DNA from: Clostridia bacterium
GTDB lineage: Bacteria > Bacillota > Clostridia > Oscillospirales > CAG-272
Assembly (NCBI GenBank): GCA_017462795.1
Contig: JAFTQL010000041.1
Location: 8,489 to 72,488 of the forward strand
Direction of reading: 5' to 3'
DNA length: 64,000 nucleotides
Positions within the stretch are counted from its first letter, which is position 1. Each line of letters opens with the position of its first letter. Under the pieces are notes generated by a model. It did no database searches, had not been told where the DNA came from, and worked only from the letters and a program-made list of their open reading frames with translations. The translations under genes and the position numbers were made by a program. Positions 9,347 through 18,530 of this stretch are shown in pieces.

Positions 9347-10597
9347 TTAATGAATTTGCGCTCCGCCCGCTACAAGTTTTTTTTGAACTGCGGATACATC
9401 CAAGGTGTGAGCAGTCTTGCCGCTATGTATAGCCTCAGCCGCCGCAACTCCCGCGGCTTCTCCGAGACAGGTGCAGATAGGCATTATGCGTACCGCGGAA
9501 TGCGCCTCGTGGGTAGCCGACAAGCATCTTCCCGCGACAAGCATGTTGTCAAGCTCCTTTGGCAGCAAGCTGCGGTAGGGTACTCTGTAATATTCACCGG
9601 GTTTGAAGCGATAAATATACGTTCCCGTACCCTCGGGGTTGTGTATATCAATGTCGTATTTGCCAAGAGCAACCGAATCCTCAAAATCTACACAGTTTAT
9701 AAGCTCGTCTGCCGTCAGCGTGTGAACTCCCCTGAGCTTGCGGCTCTCTCTGACACCTATCTCCGATGCTATGGATATAATGGTGCTGTTTTCAAACGCC
9801 TCGGAATTTGTACGCAGGAAATTATACATTTCAATAACCTGACTGCGCGCCTCCAGCTCCGCTTTGGAAAGCGCCGCGGAATCCGTCGGATCCATTTTTA
9901 TTACGCGAGTGGTATTAAAATGAAGTATACCTTCTCCGAGATTTCCGAATATAAGTATATTCTCTCTGGGATTTTTTATTTTACCCTCTGCCTGATACTG
10001 TTTATATAGCTCCTGGAGTCGCGGCTTATCCGCTTTATATTTTTTCAGATCTACATTTGATAATTTAAAGCAGGTGGTCATAGGCTGACAGAGGTTGTCG
10101 CTCTCGCGCCCAAGCTGAAAGTCACAGCCCGCGAATACCATGAGATCTCCGTCACCGCTCGCGTCTATGAAAAAGTCGGCGCTTATCTCAACAGTGCCAG
10201 ATTTCTGAGCCAGGCGGACTGCCTTTATTCTTCGTCCCTCGGTAACAGCTCCTATGAGCTGTGTGTGAAACAGGATCTCAACGCCTGCCTCTAAAAGCAT
10301 TTGATCTAACATTATTTTAAATATCTCAGGCTGCCAGCCGCGCTCGGATACACCGCCAAGCTCCTCGTGCCTTCTGCACATTTCGGCAAATATTCCGGCA
10401 CTCAATACTCTCTTTGAGCCGTCGGTGTCGGTAAGCGTGTAGCTCATAAAGGGATAAACAGAGCAATTGGACATAGCTCCGCCAAGACAGCCCGCGCGTT
10501 CAACGAGAAGCACACGCAAGCCCTCTCTTGCCGCTGCAACGGCCGCTGCAACGCCCGACAAGCCTCCGCCGACAACCAAAAGATCATAATTCTGCAT
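9347..10597 (-). CDS. FAD-dependent oxidoreductase (locus A copy)
   Basis: N-terminal DLLVVGGGLSGVAAAVAAAREG Rossmann fingerprint. No signal peptide. Paralogous to 20644-21924. Confidence 0.8.
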   Translation of the reverse strand: MQNYDLLVVGGGLSGVAAAVAAAREGLRVLLVERAGCLGGAMSNCSVYPFMSYTLTDTDGSKRVLSAGIFAEMCRRHEELGGVSERGWQPEIFKIMLDQMLLEAGVEILFHTQLIGAVTEGRRIKAVRLAQKSGTVEISADFFIDASGDGDLMVFAGCDFQLGRESDNLCQPMTTCFKLSNVDLKKYKADKPRLQELYKQYQAEGKIKNPRENILIFGNLGEGILHFNTTRVIKMDPTDSAALSKAELEARSQVIEMYNFLRTNSEAFENSTIISIASEIGVRESRKLRGVHTLTADELINCVDFEDSVALGKYDIDIHNPEGTGTYIYRFKPGEYYRVPYRSLLPKELDNMLVAGRCLSATHEAHSAVRIMPICTCLGEAAGVAAAEAIHSGKTAHTLDVSAVQKKLVAGGAQIH

Positions 10598-10623
10598 ATT
10601 TGTATTACCTCACAATTTCTTTT

Positions 10624-10676
10624 AAAAAAAGGCAACGCAGCATTTTACGGAACACTCCCGAATATACCGCATTGCC
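10624..10676 (-). terminator. intrinsic terminator/attenuator downstream of the micro-ORF
   Basis: On the minus strand: GGCAATGCGG ... CTGCGTTGCC (10 bp including 2 G-U pairs) followed by TTTTTTT. Confidence 0.5.
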
Positions 10677-10701
10677 CTATTTTAATTATAAATATCTGTT
10701 A

Positions 10702-10839
10702 TCAGAGCGACAAGGGATCAAGCCTTATTATTCCGTCGGGAAGCTCTTCTCCCTCATAAGCGCCTGCCACTGACATCGTGATAACATCAAGTGCTTCAAG
10801 CACCAATACATTTGCGGTTGCTTTTTCATATTTTTTCAT
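10702..10839 (-). CDS. 45-aa acidic micro-protein (unannotated, locus A copy)
   Basis: ATG at 10839, TGA at 10702-10704, AAGAGG 7 nt upstream. Translation: MKKYEKATANVLVLEALDVITMSVAGAYEGEELPDGIIRLDPLSL. Resembles the 23643-23771 product. Confidence 0.5.
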   Translation of the reverse strand: MKKYEKATANVLVLEALDVITMSVAGAYEGEELPDGIIRLDPLSL

Positions 10840-10850
10840 ATTTATACCTC

Positions 10851-11201
10851 TTATTTCGGTTCTACGAGAGGACCATAGCCAAGGGTTGCATTTGCCGCCT
10901 CTTTTTTCAAATCTCCTGTTTTGGAGTCATCGGGTTGAACAGGGGCGGGATCAGTGTCACTGTCTGAAGGCTCGTCCGTTTCGTTGCTTGTTTCCGTGTT
11001 GGATTCTTCGTTATCATCGGTAGTTGTTATTGTGCTATCACCATCGGAGGTCGTTATTGTGTTATCACCATCGGAGGTCGTTATTACGCTGTCGCTGTCG
11101 GTCTCACTGTCGGAGGGAGCGTTTTTATTACATGCCGCTATTGCCAGCGCAAAACACAAAACGATGGAAACGATTATAAATAGCTTAAATGATCTTTTCA
11201 T
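10851..11201 (-). CDS. small Asp/Thr/Ser-rich lipoprotein with 9-aa tandem repeats
   Basis: Lipobox IAAC. Repeats ITTSDGDNT / ITTSDGDST / ITTTDDNEE. ATGA overlap with the upstream GLUG gene. Confidence 0.65.
   Translation of the reverse strand: MKRSFKLFIIVSIVLCFALAIAACNKNAPSDSETDSDSVITTSDGDNTITTSDGDSTITTTDDNEESNTETSNETDEPSDSDTDPAPVQPDDSKTGDLKKEAANATLGYGPLVEPK
11015..11095. repeat. 27-nt tandem repeat, three copies, in frame within the lipoprotein gene
   Basis: atcggtagttgttattgtgctatcacc / atcggaggtcgttattgtgttatcacc / atcggaggtcgttattacgctgtcgct. Confidence 0.8.
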
Positions 11202-13033
11202 GCGGCATCACCGTTATAGTCAAAGGTAAATCTGGAAATTTTATCATACGCTACCGCATTGTCTTTCACCAGATAGGGAATTACGTCTATGGTAATATCC
11301 GTAGCCGCCTCTGTTTTGGTAGCGCTCTTGTAGCCCTGGATCTCAGCGACGTAAAGATATTTTCCTCCAAGGGTCTCGGCGCTCACATCAAGTCCGTCAG
11401 CCTTAACGGATGTGTAGACAGTATCGGTCTCTCCCGAAACGCTCTTTACCACGGTATTTCCTTCTGCATCCTTATAGGTGAGGAATACAACAAATCCGAG
11501 CTTGTCACCGCTTTGTACCGTTGCTTCGTCAACCGCGGAAACAAGTCTTATGTCCATGCCGTCAGCTTCGCTGTACTTGGTCTGCGCGCGGTTTGCGGCT
11601 ACATTATATATATCCTCTGTCATAGCATTGCCACTCATATCGTAGTAACCTTCGCCGGACATGCAAAGACGTGCTTCTCTTCGTGCATCATAGGAAAACA
11701 GAGGCTGACCCTTGCTGTCGTTTACCGAAGCCTTGTTAATAACAATATTCAGTGATGTTCCATAAAGAGAAAGACTTGTTTTTGCGTTTTTAGTGGGTGC
11801 CAAATATCCTATCAAGGCATCTGCGGTATCGTTAGTAGCGCCTGAATCAACCGAAGTCAGTTCAGCGTTTATCTCACAGTTAACAACAGCAACTGTGTAT
11901 GAAAAATAGTAAAACTGACCGATAATTCCTCCGATTATACGCCCGGAGGATATTGCTCCTGTATAATCACAGTTGTTTAAGGTTTGTACCTTCGCAGTGT
12001 TGTTGGTCTCATTTACGAATCCCATAAAGCCACCGGCAACTGCATTTGTTACGCTTAAATTCAATGTTGCACTACAATCCTCAAAAGTATAATCACTATC
12101 CATGGCTCCGACAAAACCGCCGGAAAATATAGCCTTTACAGCCGATTTATCACTGTTGCCGCTTATTGCACCGGATATCTCACAGCCTTTTGCGTTTATT
12201 GCGGCGGTGGAATATCCGACCAATCCGGCAGTGTAAGAATTCTTTGCGGGGTTACCGTCATAGGCTACAGTGGCTTCAAAATTTGTAAGCTTGAAGTTTT
12301 CAATATTAAGAGTACCTACCGTTGTGCCCTTTACGTTCTGGAATACAGCGCCTGCAACTCCGTTAAGAGCTGTTACTTTCGTACCAGCTTTATTTATGGT
12401 TGCCTTAAAGCCGTTTACGGTAATGTTCTTTACCGTTGCTACTGTTTCAGAAATGTTATATCCGATAACGCCGCCAATCATACTTGCATCCGTAGAGGTA
12501 GTGGTAGCGGTAAGTGTATTTACAGTAATATCCTGAACAGTTGTATCCGTAGCGTATGCGGAAACTGCACCCATATAAATTGCCGCCGACTGCTCCTGAG
12601 CAGTGCTGAGCGTTACCTTATCCAAGGTGAGATTTTTAACTGTCGCGCCGTTACACTTAGCAAACAGACCCATGTAGGTTGCCTCGGTGGATACGGTAAG
12701 ATTGGAAACAGTTTTTCCGTTTCCGTCAAATGTTCCGTCAAAGGAATATTCGCCGTTAAGGCCGCCAACGGGTGTCCAAGTTACGCCTGCCATATCAACA
12801 GACGCGCCGAGTGTTACGGTTTTGCCGTCAAAGCTGTCCTGTGCAATGTCAGTTGCCGTTCCGCTGACAATCGCCGAAAAGCCAAGCAGATCGCCTGCGT
12901 CATTGAGTGTGAAGCTCTGTGAGGTCGTGTCATACCAGGAATAATCAGCCGCAGTTTCCGCAGCGTATATTGTGGGGACAAGCACGAAAATCATTGCAAA
13001 CGCGATCAGTGCCGAAAATAATCTTTTTTTCAT
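11198..13033 (-). CDS. secreted GLUG-motif beta-helix repeat protein (locus A copy)
   Basis: Signal peptide ending IYA-AE. FDGTFDGNGKTVSNL entry motif. Repeated GG(V/F/I)(I/V/M)G segments. C-terminal domain shared with the 21983-23626 product. Confidence 0.7.
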   Translation of the reverse strand: MKKRLFSALIAFAMIFVLVPTIYAAETAADYSWYDTTSQSFTLNDAGDLLGFSAIVSGTATDIAQDSFDGKTVTLGASVDMAGVTWTPVGGLNGEYSFDGTFDGNGKTVSNLTVSTEATYMGLFAKCNGATVKNLTLDKVTLSTAQEQSAAIYMGAVSAYATDTTVQDITVNTLTATTTSTDASMIGGVIGYNISETVATVKNITVNGFKATINKAGTKVTALNGVAGAVFQNVKGTTVGTLNIENFKLTNFEATVAYDGNPAKNSYTAGLVGYSTAAINAKGCEISGAISGNSDKSAVKAIFSGGFVGAMDSDYTFEDCSATLNLSVTNAVAGGFMGFVNETNNTAKVQTLNNCDYTGAISSGRIIGGIIGQFYYFSYTVAVVNCEINAELTSVDSGATNDTADALIGYLAPTKNAKTSLSLYGTSLNIVINKASVNDSKGQPLFSYDARREARLCMSGEGYYDMSGNAMTEDIYNVAANRAQTKYSEADGMDIRLVSAVDEATVQSGDKLGFVVFLTYKDAEGNTVVKSVSGETDTVYTSVKADGLDVSAETLGGKYLYVAEIQGYKSATKTEAATDITIDVIPYLVKDNAVAYDKISRFTFDYNGDAA

Positions 13034-13054
13034 TATAATATACCTCTTATAAAT

Positions 13055-14515
13055 TTAGTCTAATGCTGCGTATTGTGAATAGATTCCGTCAAGTATGCCG
13101 TTCATCGACGGAGCAAACTTTGCGAAATGGGATGCCGCGTCAGTGCCGCCATATGTATGCATGCAGAACATCTCCGTCTGATACTTATTTACAGTATAGT
13201 TGTGAGCGTATGTAACGTCCAGCATTATGCTCCTGTTAATAAGGTCGATGATCTCCATGTTTTCGGGAACCTGAACGTATTTTGTTTTCAAGGTATCCTC
13301 ATAGTACTCGGGTACAACATTGAGATAGCTCAGACAACCGTGCGCGTTGATTATATCAACGACCATATCGGCGTCGGAGGTGATCGGAATTACAAACATA
13401 CCTGCCGATGTTCCCATCTGAACGTAGTAATCGGTCTGTTCCTCATTATATTTGGGTTGAGGAAGTATAACGTAATCATCGCACAGGGTAGCAAGAGTTT
13501 CCGCGGTCTCAATTGTTTCATTAAGTATGATCGCGCGGTCAGCGGCAAAGATAGACGTTAAAGGAGAGATGTCGTTTGCCTTAAGGATATATGTGTCCTT
13601 GGGGTTGGTAACCAGTGTCTTGAATTTATCGACCGCGTCATAGTAACGCTGAGTCGCACCTTTATACACAAGCTTTCCTTCGCTTGATCTGTCTATCAGA
13701 TTAAGATCGAACGCGGTCTGGAATCCTCTCATGGTAACGTCCGATGATATAAAGCCATAGAAATCGACTTCAGTCATCTGTTCATCGCTGTTTATGTCCT
13801 CACCCTGTTCTCTTGTCAGCTTAAGGAAGTTTTCGAGTGTCCATTTGCCGCTGAGAACAAGCTCGACTGGATCGGTAAGCTTTCGCTGCTCAATAAGCGC
13901 CGTATTTGCGTACATAACGTATGTTCCCTTGTATACGGATAACATTGATGAACCGGTAACAGCATATAGCCTATCCGCTATCTGAAGGTTATTGTAAATA
14001 TCCGCCGACCACCAGGGGTTGCTGAAATCCATGCCCTCAAGAGAACCGTAATTGTAGAACTGACCTTCAATGGTCAGAGGCATTATAATTGATGTCATTC
14101 CGTTTACGAGCTGATATGCATCATCTTCTGCCATTATACTGTCACGAACAAGCGAAATAAACGTAGACTTGTTGGTCCAGTTGCCGGGTTCAGCCATATA
14201 GACAAGGTCAACGCCATAGGTGCTCTCAATTTGTATGTCGCGCTTATAGACCGCATCGTTGATCTTATCTCCGGTCAAGCCCTCCGCAAATTCATACGAT
14301 TGTTCCTTGGGCTGTAGAATAGTGAATGTGGCTCCGCCGTAGTTGTTTTTTGGAAGCTCTGCCCACCAATCGGTTCCATCAGCATCCGTGGAGACTGTAT
14401 TATTGTTGGAAGTATCCACGGGTGGAGTGTCGTCATTTGAACAAGCTACCAGTGTTCCCAGCAGAGTTAAGCAAGCAAGTCCTCCGCATAGGAATCTTGT
14501 GATTTTTTTGCGCAT
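13055..14515 (-). CDS. extracellular solute-binding-protein-like lipoprotein (orphan, locus A copy)
   Basis: Start set at the ATG at 14515, with GGAGG 8 nt upstream. Lipobox LVAC. About 490 aa, SBP family-1-like. Paralogous to 28388-29857. Confidence 0.75.
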   Translation of the reverse strand: MRKKITRFLCGGLACLTLLGTLVACSNDDTPPVDTSNNNTVSTDADGTDWWAELPKNNYGGATFTILQPKEQSYEFAEGLTGDKINDAVYKRDIQIESTYGVDLVYMAEPGNWTNKSTFISLVRDSIMAEDDAYQLVNGMTSIIMPLTIEGQFYNYGSLEGMDFSNPWWSADIYNNLQIADRLYAVTGSSMLSVYKGTYVMYANTALIEQRKLTDPVELVLSGKWTLENFLKLTREQGEDINSDEQMTEVDFYGFISSDVTMRGFQTAFDLNLIDRSSEGKLVYKGATQRYYDAVDKFKTLVTNPKDTYILKANDISPLTSIFAADRAIILNETIETAETLATLCDDYVILPQPKYNEEQTDYYVQMGTSAGMFVIPITSDADMVVDIINAHGCLSYLNVVPEYYEDTLKTKYVQVPENMEIIDLINRSIMLDVTYAHNYTVNKYQTEMFCMHTYGGTDAASHFAKFAPSMNGILDGIYSQYAALD

Positions 14516-14737
14516 AATTTTTTCCTCCATTAATAAATTTATTGCGGCAATTTGTGAAGATTGATGAATAAATCGCTTTTCTTCACACAAATATTATCGC
14601 ACATATTCCAAGCGATTTATATATAAAAAATTAGCATATTTTTGTAAAAATCGAGCATAATTGATATGGTGTTATTGATTTATCATCTGCTATGTGTTAT
14701 AATTACAGCACAAATTCGAGTGAAGGGGGATAAATAA

Positions 14738-15604
14738 TTGAAGTTTAACCAGATATGCCCAAAGGTGTTGTCAATTATGCAATTTAACAAAAAATTTAAC
14801 ACAAAGTCTATTGTGCATCATAAAATCTCCTATAGCTACAGGATAATTGTTCCTCAAAGGGGAACTCTCACATTTCACGCAGACGGACAGCGCTATTTGT
14901 GCGAGCCCGGAAATATTATTTATATTCCCGCGAAGAAAGAATATTGCACGGAATTTACAACTCCGCATTTCACATCACTGAATATTGACTTTGATATGCT
15001 CAATGACCGAGATCCCACAACAACTAATTTAAAAAGATATTTTGTTTTGATAAATAAGGAGAAAAAGGACGAATATTTGTCAACAATAGTGGACTTTGAG
15101 GATTTTCCCATATTCAATGAATGTATTGTGGTAAGCAATTTTCCAAATGCTATCGAACGCGCGCAAAAGATTTATGACATTCAAAAGAAATCCACCGCCT
15201 TCACACCTATTGAGCTTAATCTCCACATCACTGAATTGTTAATAGATATAGCCAAGTATCTGACCAGCGAAAAGAAAACATCACACGCGATCATTGCGGA
15301 ACGAGTGCTTGAGTATATTAAGGCGCACACCACCGAAAAGCTTACGGCGCAAATGATAAGCAGTGCCTTTTCATATCATCCTACATCTCTTAATCGCATC
15401 GTGCGTGAATTTTACGGTTATTCATTACACCAACTCATAATCAGAGAAAAAATAAATGTTGCCATACAGCTTCTGTCCGAAAACGACATGAGCGTTACCG
15501 ATATTGCGTACCATCTATCCTTTTATGACAGCGCCCATTTTTCCAAAACCTTCTATGAAATTGCAGGCTGTCTCCCTTCGGATATCCGTAAAAACCATAA
15601 ATAA
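14738..15604 (+). CDS. AraC-family transcriptional regulator (locus A)
   Basis: C-terminal double HTH with the ...SVTDIAYHLSFYDSAHFSKTF... signature. Divergent from the SBP gene. TTG start with AAGGGGGA upstream (alternative ATG at 14777). Confidence 0.85.
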   Translation: MKFNQICPKVLSIMQFNKKFNTKSIVHHKISYSYRIIVPQRGTLTFHADGQRYLCEPGNIIYIPAKKEYCTEFTTPHFTSLNIDFDMLNDRDPTTTNLKRYFVLINKEKKDEYLSTIVDFEDFPIFNECIVVSNFPNAIERAQKIYDIQKKSTAFTPIELNLHITELLIDIAKYLTSEKKTSHAIIAERVLEYIKAHTTEKLTAQMISSAFSYHPTSLNRIVREFYGYSLHQLIIREKINVAIQLLSENDMSVTDIAYHLSFYDSAHFSKTFYEIAGCLPSDIRKNHK

Positions 15605-15711
15605 CGGTATTGCGCTCAATGATCGGTGTTGTAGTCTTTGGATTTAAAGCGACATAAAGGGCTGACGTTGTGTCAGCCCTTTATGTATTGGACGGTGATG
15701 CCAAATCTGTT

Positions 15712-16446
15712 TTATAATAAATTACATTTCATTTTCAGTTGCTTCCACTCAATATCAAATACCACGTAGTCTACCTCATTCAGCGTTGTAAGTGAATAAA
15801 AAGCTGAGGTGTTGAACTTATCGCTGTCACACAAAAACGCACTGTGTCTTGTATATTGCAGCATGAGTGATCGCAAATAGTTTTCTTCCGCGGTATAGTC
15901 GGAGATAGTTCCGTTTATGTCCACGCATTGTGATGAAAAGAACATGATATCAGGGCGCAGTGAGGATACCTCACGGTATGCTTCCTCACCCGACAGCACG
16001 GGAGAGCCATTGACTGATCTACCGCCAATACAATGTGTATTGATACCGCGTTCAATTGCCCTGAGTGCGGTTAGCATATTATTTGTGAATAATGTTATAT
16101 CGCGATGTTCGGCAATATACGGTAAGAGAAAGCTTGATGTGCTTGATCCGTCCAGCATGACAATTTGTCCGTCTGCTAAGAGCGAGGACGCTTTTTTGGC
16201 GATCTTTTTCTTTCCGACAATGTTTTTGGTCATTCTGCTATTGAGGGAAAGTACTCTGTCTACCGCTTCCACTGAGGAGACCCCACCATGTGTACGCCGT
16301 ACTAAGCCTTGGCTCTGTAATTTCGTAAGGTCGCGACGAATACTGGATTCCGAAATGAACATAGCTTGTGAAAGCGATCTTACGGTCATAAAGGAATCCT
16401 TTTTTAATAGATCCAAAATATCCTTTTGTCTTTTTGATATGCTCAT
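15712..16446 (-). CDS. DeoR/GlpR-family transcriptional regulator
   Basis: N-terminal HTH KRQKDILDLLKKDSFMTVRSLSQAMFISESSIRRDL plus a DeoR C-terminal sensor domain. The ATG at 16446 is preceded by AAGGAG. Confidence 0.85.
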   Translation of the reverse strand: MSISKRQKDILDLLKKDSFMTVRSLSQAMFISESSIRRDLTKLQSQGLVRRTHGGVSSVEAVDRVLSLNSRMTKNIVGKKKIAKKASSLLADGQIVMLDGSSTSSFLLPYIAEHRDITLFTNNMLTALRAIERGINTHCIGGRSVNGSPVLSGEEAYREVSSLRPDIMFFSSQCVDINGTISDYTAEENYLRSLMLQYTRHSAFLCDSDKFNTSAFYSLTTLNEVDYVVFDIEWKQLKMKCNLL

Positions 16447-16587
16447 TTCGTTCTCCTTGTTGCTCATATTGTGTAAAAATTTGCGCATTTACCTATTGTA
16501 TCGCCACTGATTGCGCAAAAACGATCATGGTGATATAATTATAGCATAAGGAAATAAATCTGTCAACAACATGGAGGGAGTTTTTTA

Positions 16588-17286
16588 ATGTTAGAGGAAT
16601 TAAAAGAAATCGTTCTTCAGGCAAATCTGCAATTGGTCAAGCAAGGCTTGGTTACGCTTACATGGGGAAATGTATCTGAGATCGATCGTGCAAGCGGCGC
16701 CATCGTTATCAAGCCGTCTGGGATACCATACGACAAAATGAAAGCTGATGATATGGTAGTGGTGGATCTTGAGGGAAATCGGTTGGAAGGAAAGTGGAAT
16801 CCCTCCTCGGATCTTCCCACGCATATAGAGCTTTATCGTGCGTTTGGGAACATTGGTGGAGTGGTACATACACATTCTCGTTGGGCAACTGTTTTTGCGC
16901 AATGCGGATGTGATATTCCGGCGTTAGGAACAACACATGCCGATACATTCTACGGTAAAGTTCCTTGTACACGTCCAATGACCCCTGCCGAAATTGAGGG
17001 GGAATATGAAGTCGAAACAGGACGTGTTATCGTGGAGACCTTGGCTAACAGATCCGCGGTCGAAATTCCTGCGGCGTTAGTATATTCGCACGGTCCGTTT
17101 ACATGGGGAAGAAATGCTAAAGATGCGGTTGAAAACGCAATTATTCTTGAGGAGGTCGCTATGATGGCATGGCATACGCAAATGATGGCACCTGATATGA
17201 CTTTGCAACAGGAGCTGGCTGACAAACACTATTTCCGCAAGCATGGCGCTACGGCTTATTACGGACAAAAGGAGATTAAAAAATGA
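16588..17286 (+). CDS. araD: L-ribulose-5-phosphate 4-epimerase (class II aldolase fold)
   Basis: Collinear with E. coli AraD as I recall it: [45 protein letters not shown]. Confidence 0.85.
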   Translation: MLEELKEIVLQANLQLVKQGLVTLTWGNVSEIDRASGAIVIKPSGIPYDKMKADDMVVVDLEGNRLEGKWNPSSDLPTHIELYRAFGNIGGVVHTHSRWATVFAQCGCDIPALGTTHADTFYGKVPCTRPMTPAEIEGEYEVETGRVIVETLANRSAVEIPAALVYSHGPFTWGRNAKDAVENAIILEEVAMMAWHTQMMAPDMTLQQELADKHYFRKHGATAYYGQKEIKK

Positions 17287-18530
17287 TTATAGAAGCAAAA
17301 AAATACGCCGGAAAATGCACATGCGGCGAAGATCATTCACTGTACACGGAGCTTTGTGTGGTTGAAGCGGGCTGCTTGAACAAAATTGATGAGTATTTGA
17401 GACAGTATGGTCTTACCGGTTATTGCACCGCTGTCTACGATTCCAACACTTACGATGCGGATGGATTGGTCCGCCCAAATGTCGATTGCGAGTTGATCCT
17501 TGATCCTATCGGTCTTCACGCAAATGAGTATGGTGTTGGTCTGCTGTGGAATCAGATTCCTGACAATACAGAGCTTTTGATTGCGATTGGTTCAGGCACG
17601 ATTCACGATATCACTCGGTACTGCGCCTATAAAAAAGGAATTCCTTTCGTGTCATGTCCCACCGCCGCAAGTGTAGACGGCTTTTGTTCATCCGTAGCGG
17701 CGATGACATGGGAAGGGGCAAAAAAGACTTTAACGGCTGTAGCGCCTAAAATTGTATTGGCAGATTTAAACGTGATTTCGCAAGCTCCTATGTATCTTGC
17801 GAAATCCGGCTTTGGCGATATGATTGGAAAGTATATTGCTCTTGCGGATTGGAAAATAGCGAACATTATGACAGGAGAGTTTTTCTGTGATCGCATTCAC
17901 GGCATGATGATGGAAGCAACGAACGCTGTTAAGGAAAGCTCTATAGGAATTGCCCAAGGAGATGTTGCGTCATATGAAAAATTGACTTACGGACTGCTTA
18001 TGTCGGGATTGGCTATGCAGATGCTTGGCAATTCGCGTCCCGCGTCGGGAGCAGAGCATCATATATCGCATTTGATCGAAATGGCACCTGAAGGCATTGG
18101 TGTTTCCTCGGATGCGTTGCATGGTGAAAAGGTGGGAGTTGCCACACTCTTGGCTTGTGCCGAGTATCACCGCCTTGCATTGGTTGAAAATATCAAATGG
18201 AGCGATTATCCGGATATTACCGACGAGTATTTGATGAATACCTTTGGAAACCGTCTTTACAAGCAATTGGCTGCCGAAAACGAAAATGATGCGGCGATGG
18301 GGATCACCGGCGAACAGATTGAAAAACATTGGGAAAAGATATGCCGGGTTGTTGAAGCAATTCCCTCAACCGAAGAGCTTTCGGAGCTGTACGGCAAGAT
18401 CGGTGTGAAGTCCGGGCTTACGGATATTGATGTGGATGAGGACAAGGCAGAGCTCTTGTTGGAGGCCTCTCCATGTGTGCGCAACCGTCTGACGCTGATG
18501 CGTTTGCGTCGAGCTTGGAGGTGCGAATGA
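17283..18530 (+). CDS. araM: sn-glycerol-1-phosphate dehydrogenase-like (AraM/EgsA family, Fe-ADH/DHQS superfamily)
   Basis: [36 protein letters not shown] and GAEHHISH blocks resemble B. subtilis AraM. ATGA overlap with araD. Confidence 0.6.
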   Translation: MIIEAKKYAGKCTCGEDHSLYTELCVVEAGCLNKIDEYLRQYGLTGYCTAVYDSNTYDADGLVRPNVDCELILDPIGLHANEYGVGLLWNQIPDNTELLIAIGSGTIHDITRYCAYKKGIPFVSCPTAASVDGFCSSVAAMTWEGAKKTLTAVAPKIVLADLNVISQAPMYLAKSGFGDMIGKYIALADWKIANIMTGEFFCDRIHGMMMEATNAVKESSIGIAQGDVASYEKLTYGLLMSGLAMQMLGNSRPASGAEHHISHLIEMAPEGIGVSSDALHGEKVGVATLLACAEYHRLALVENIKWSDYPDITDEYLMNTFGNRLYKQLAAENENDAAMGITGEQIEKHWEKICRVVEAIPSTEELSELYGKIGVKSGLTDIDVDEDKAELLLEASPCVRNRLTLMRLRRAWRCE

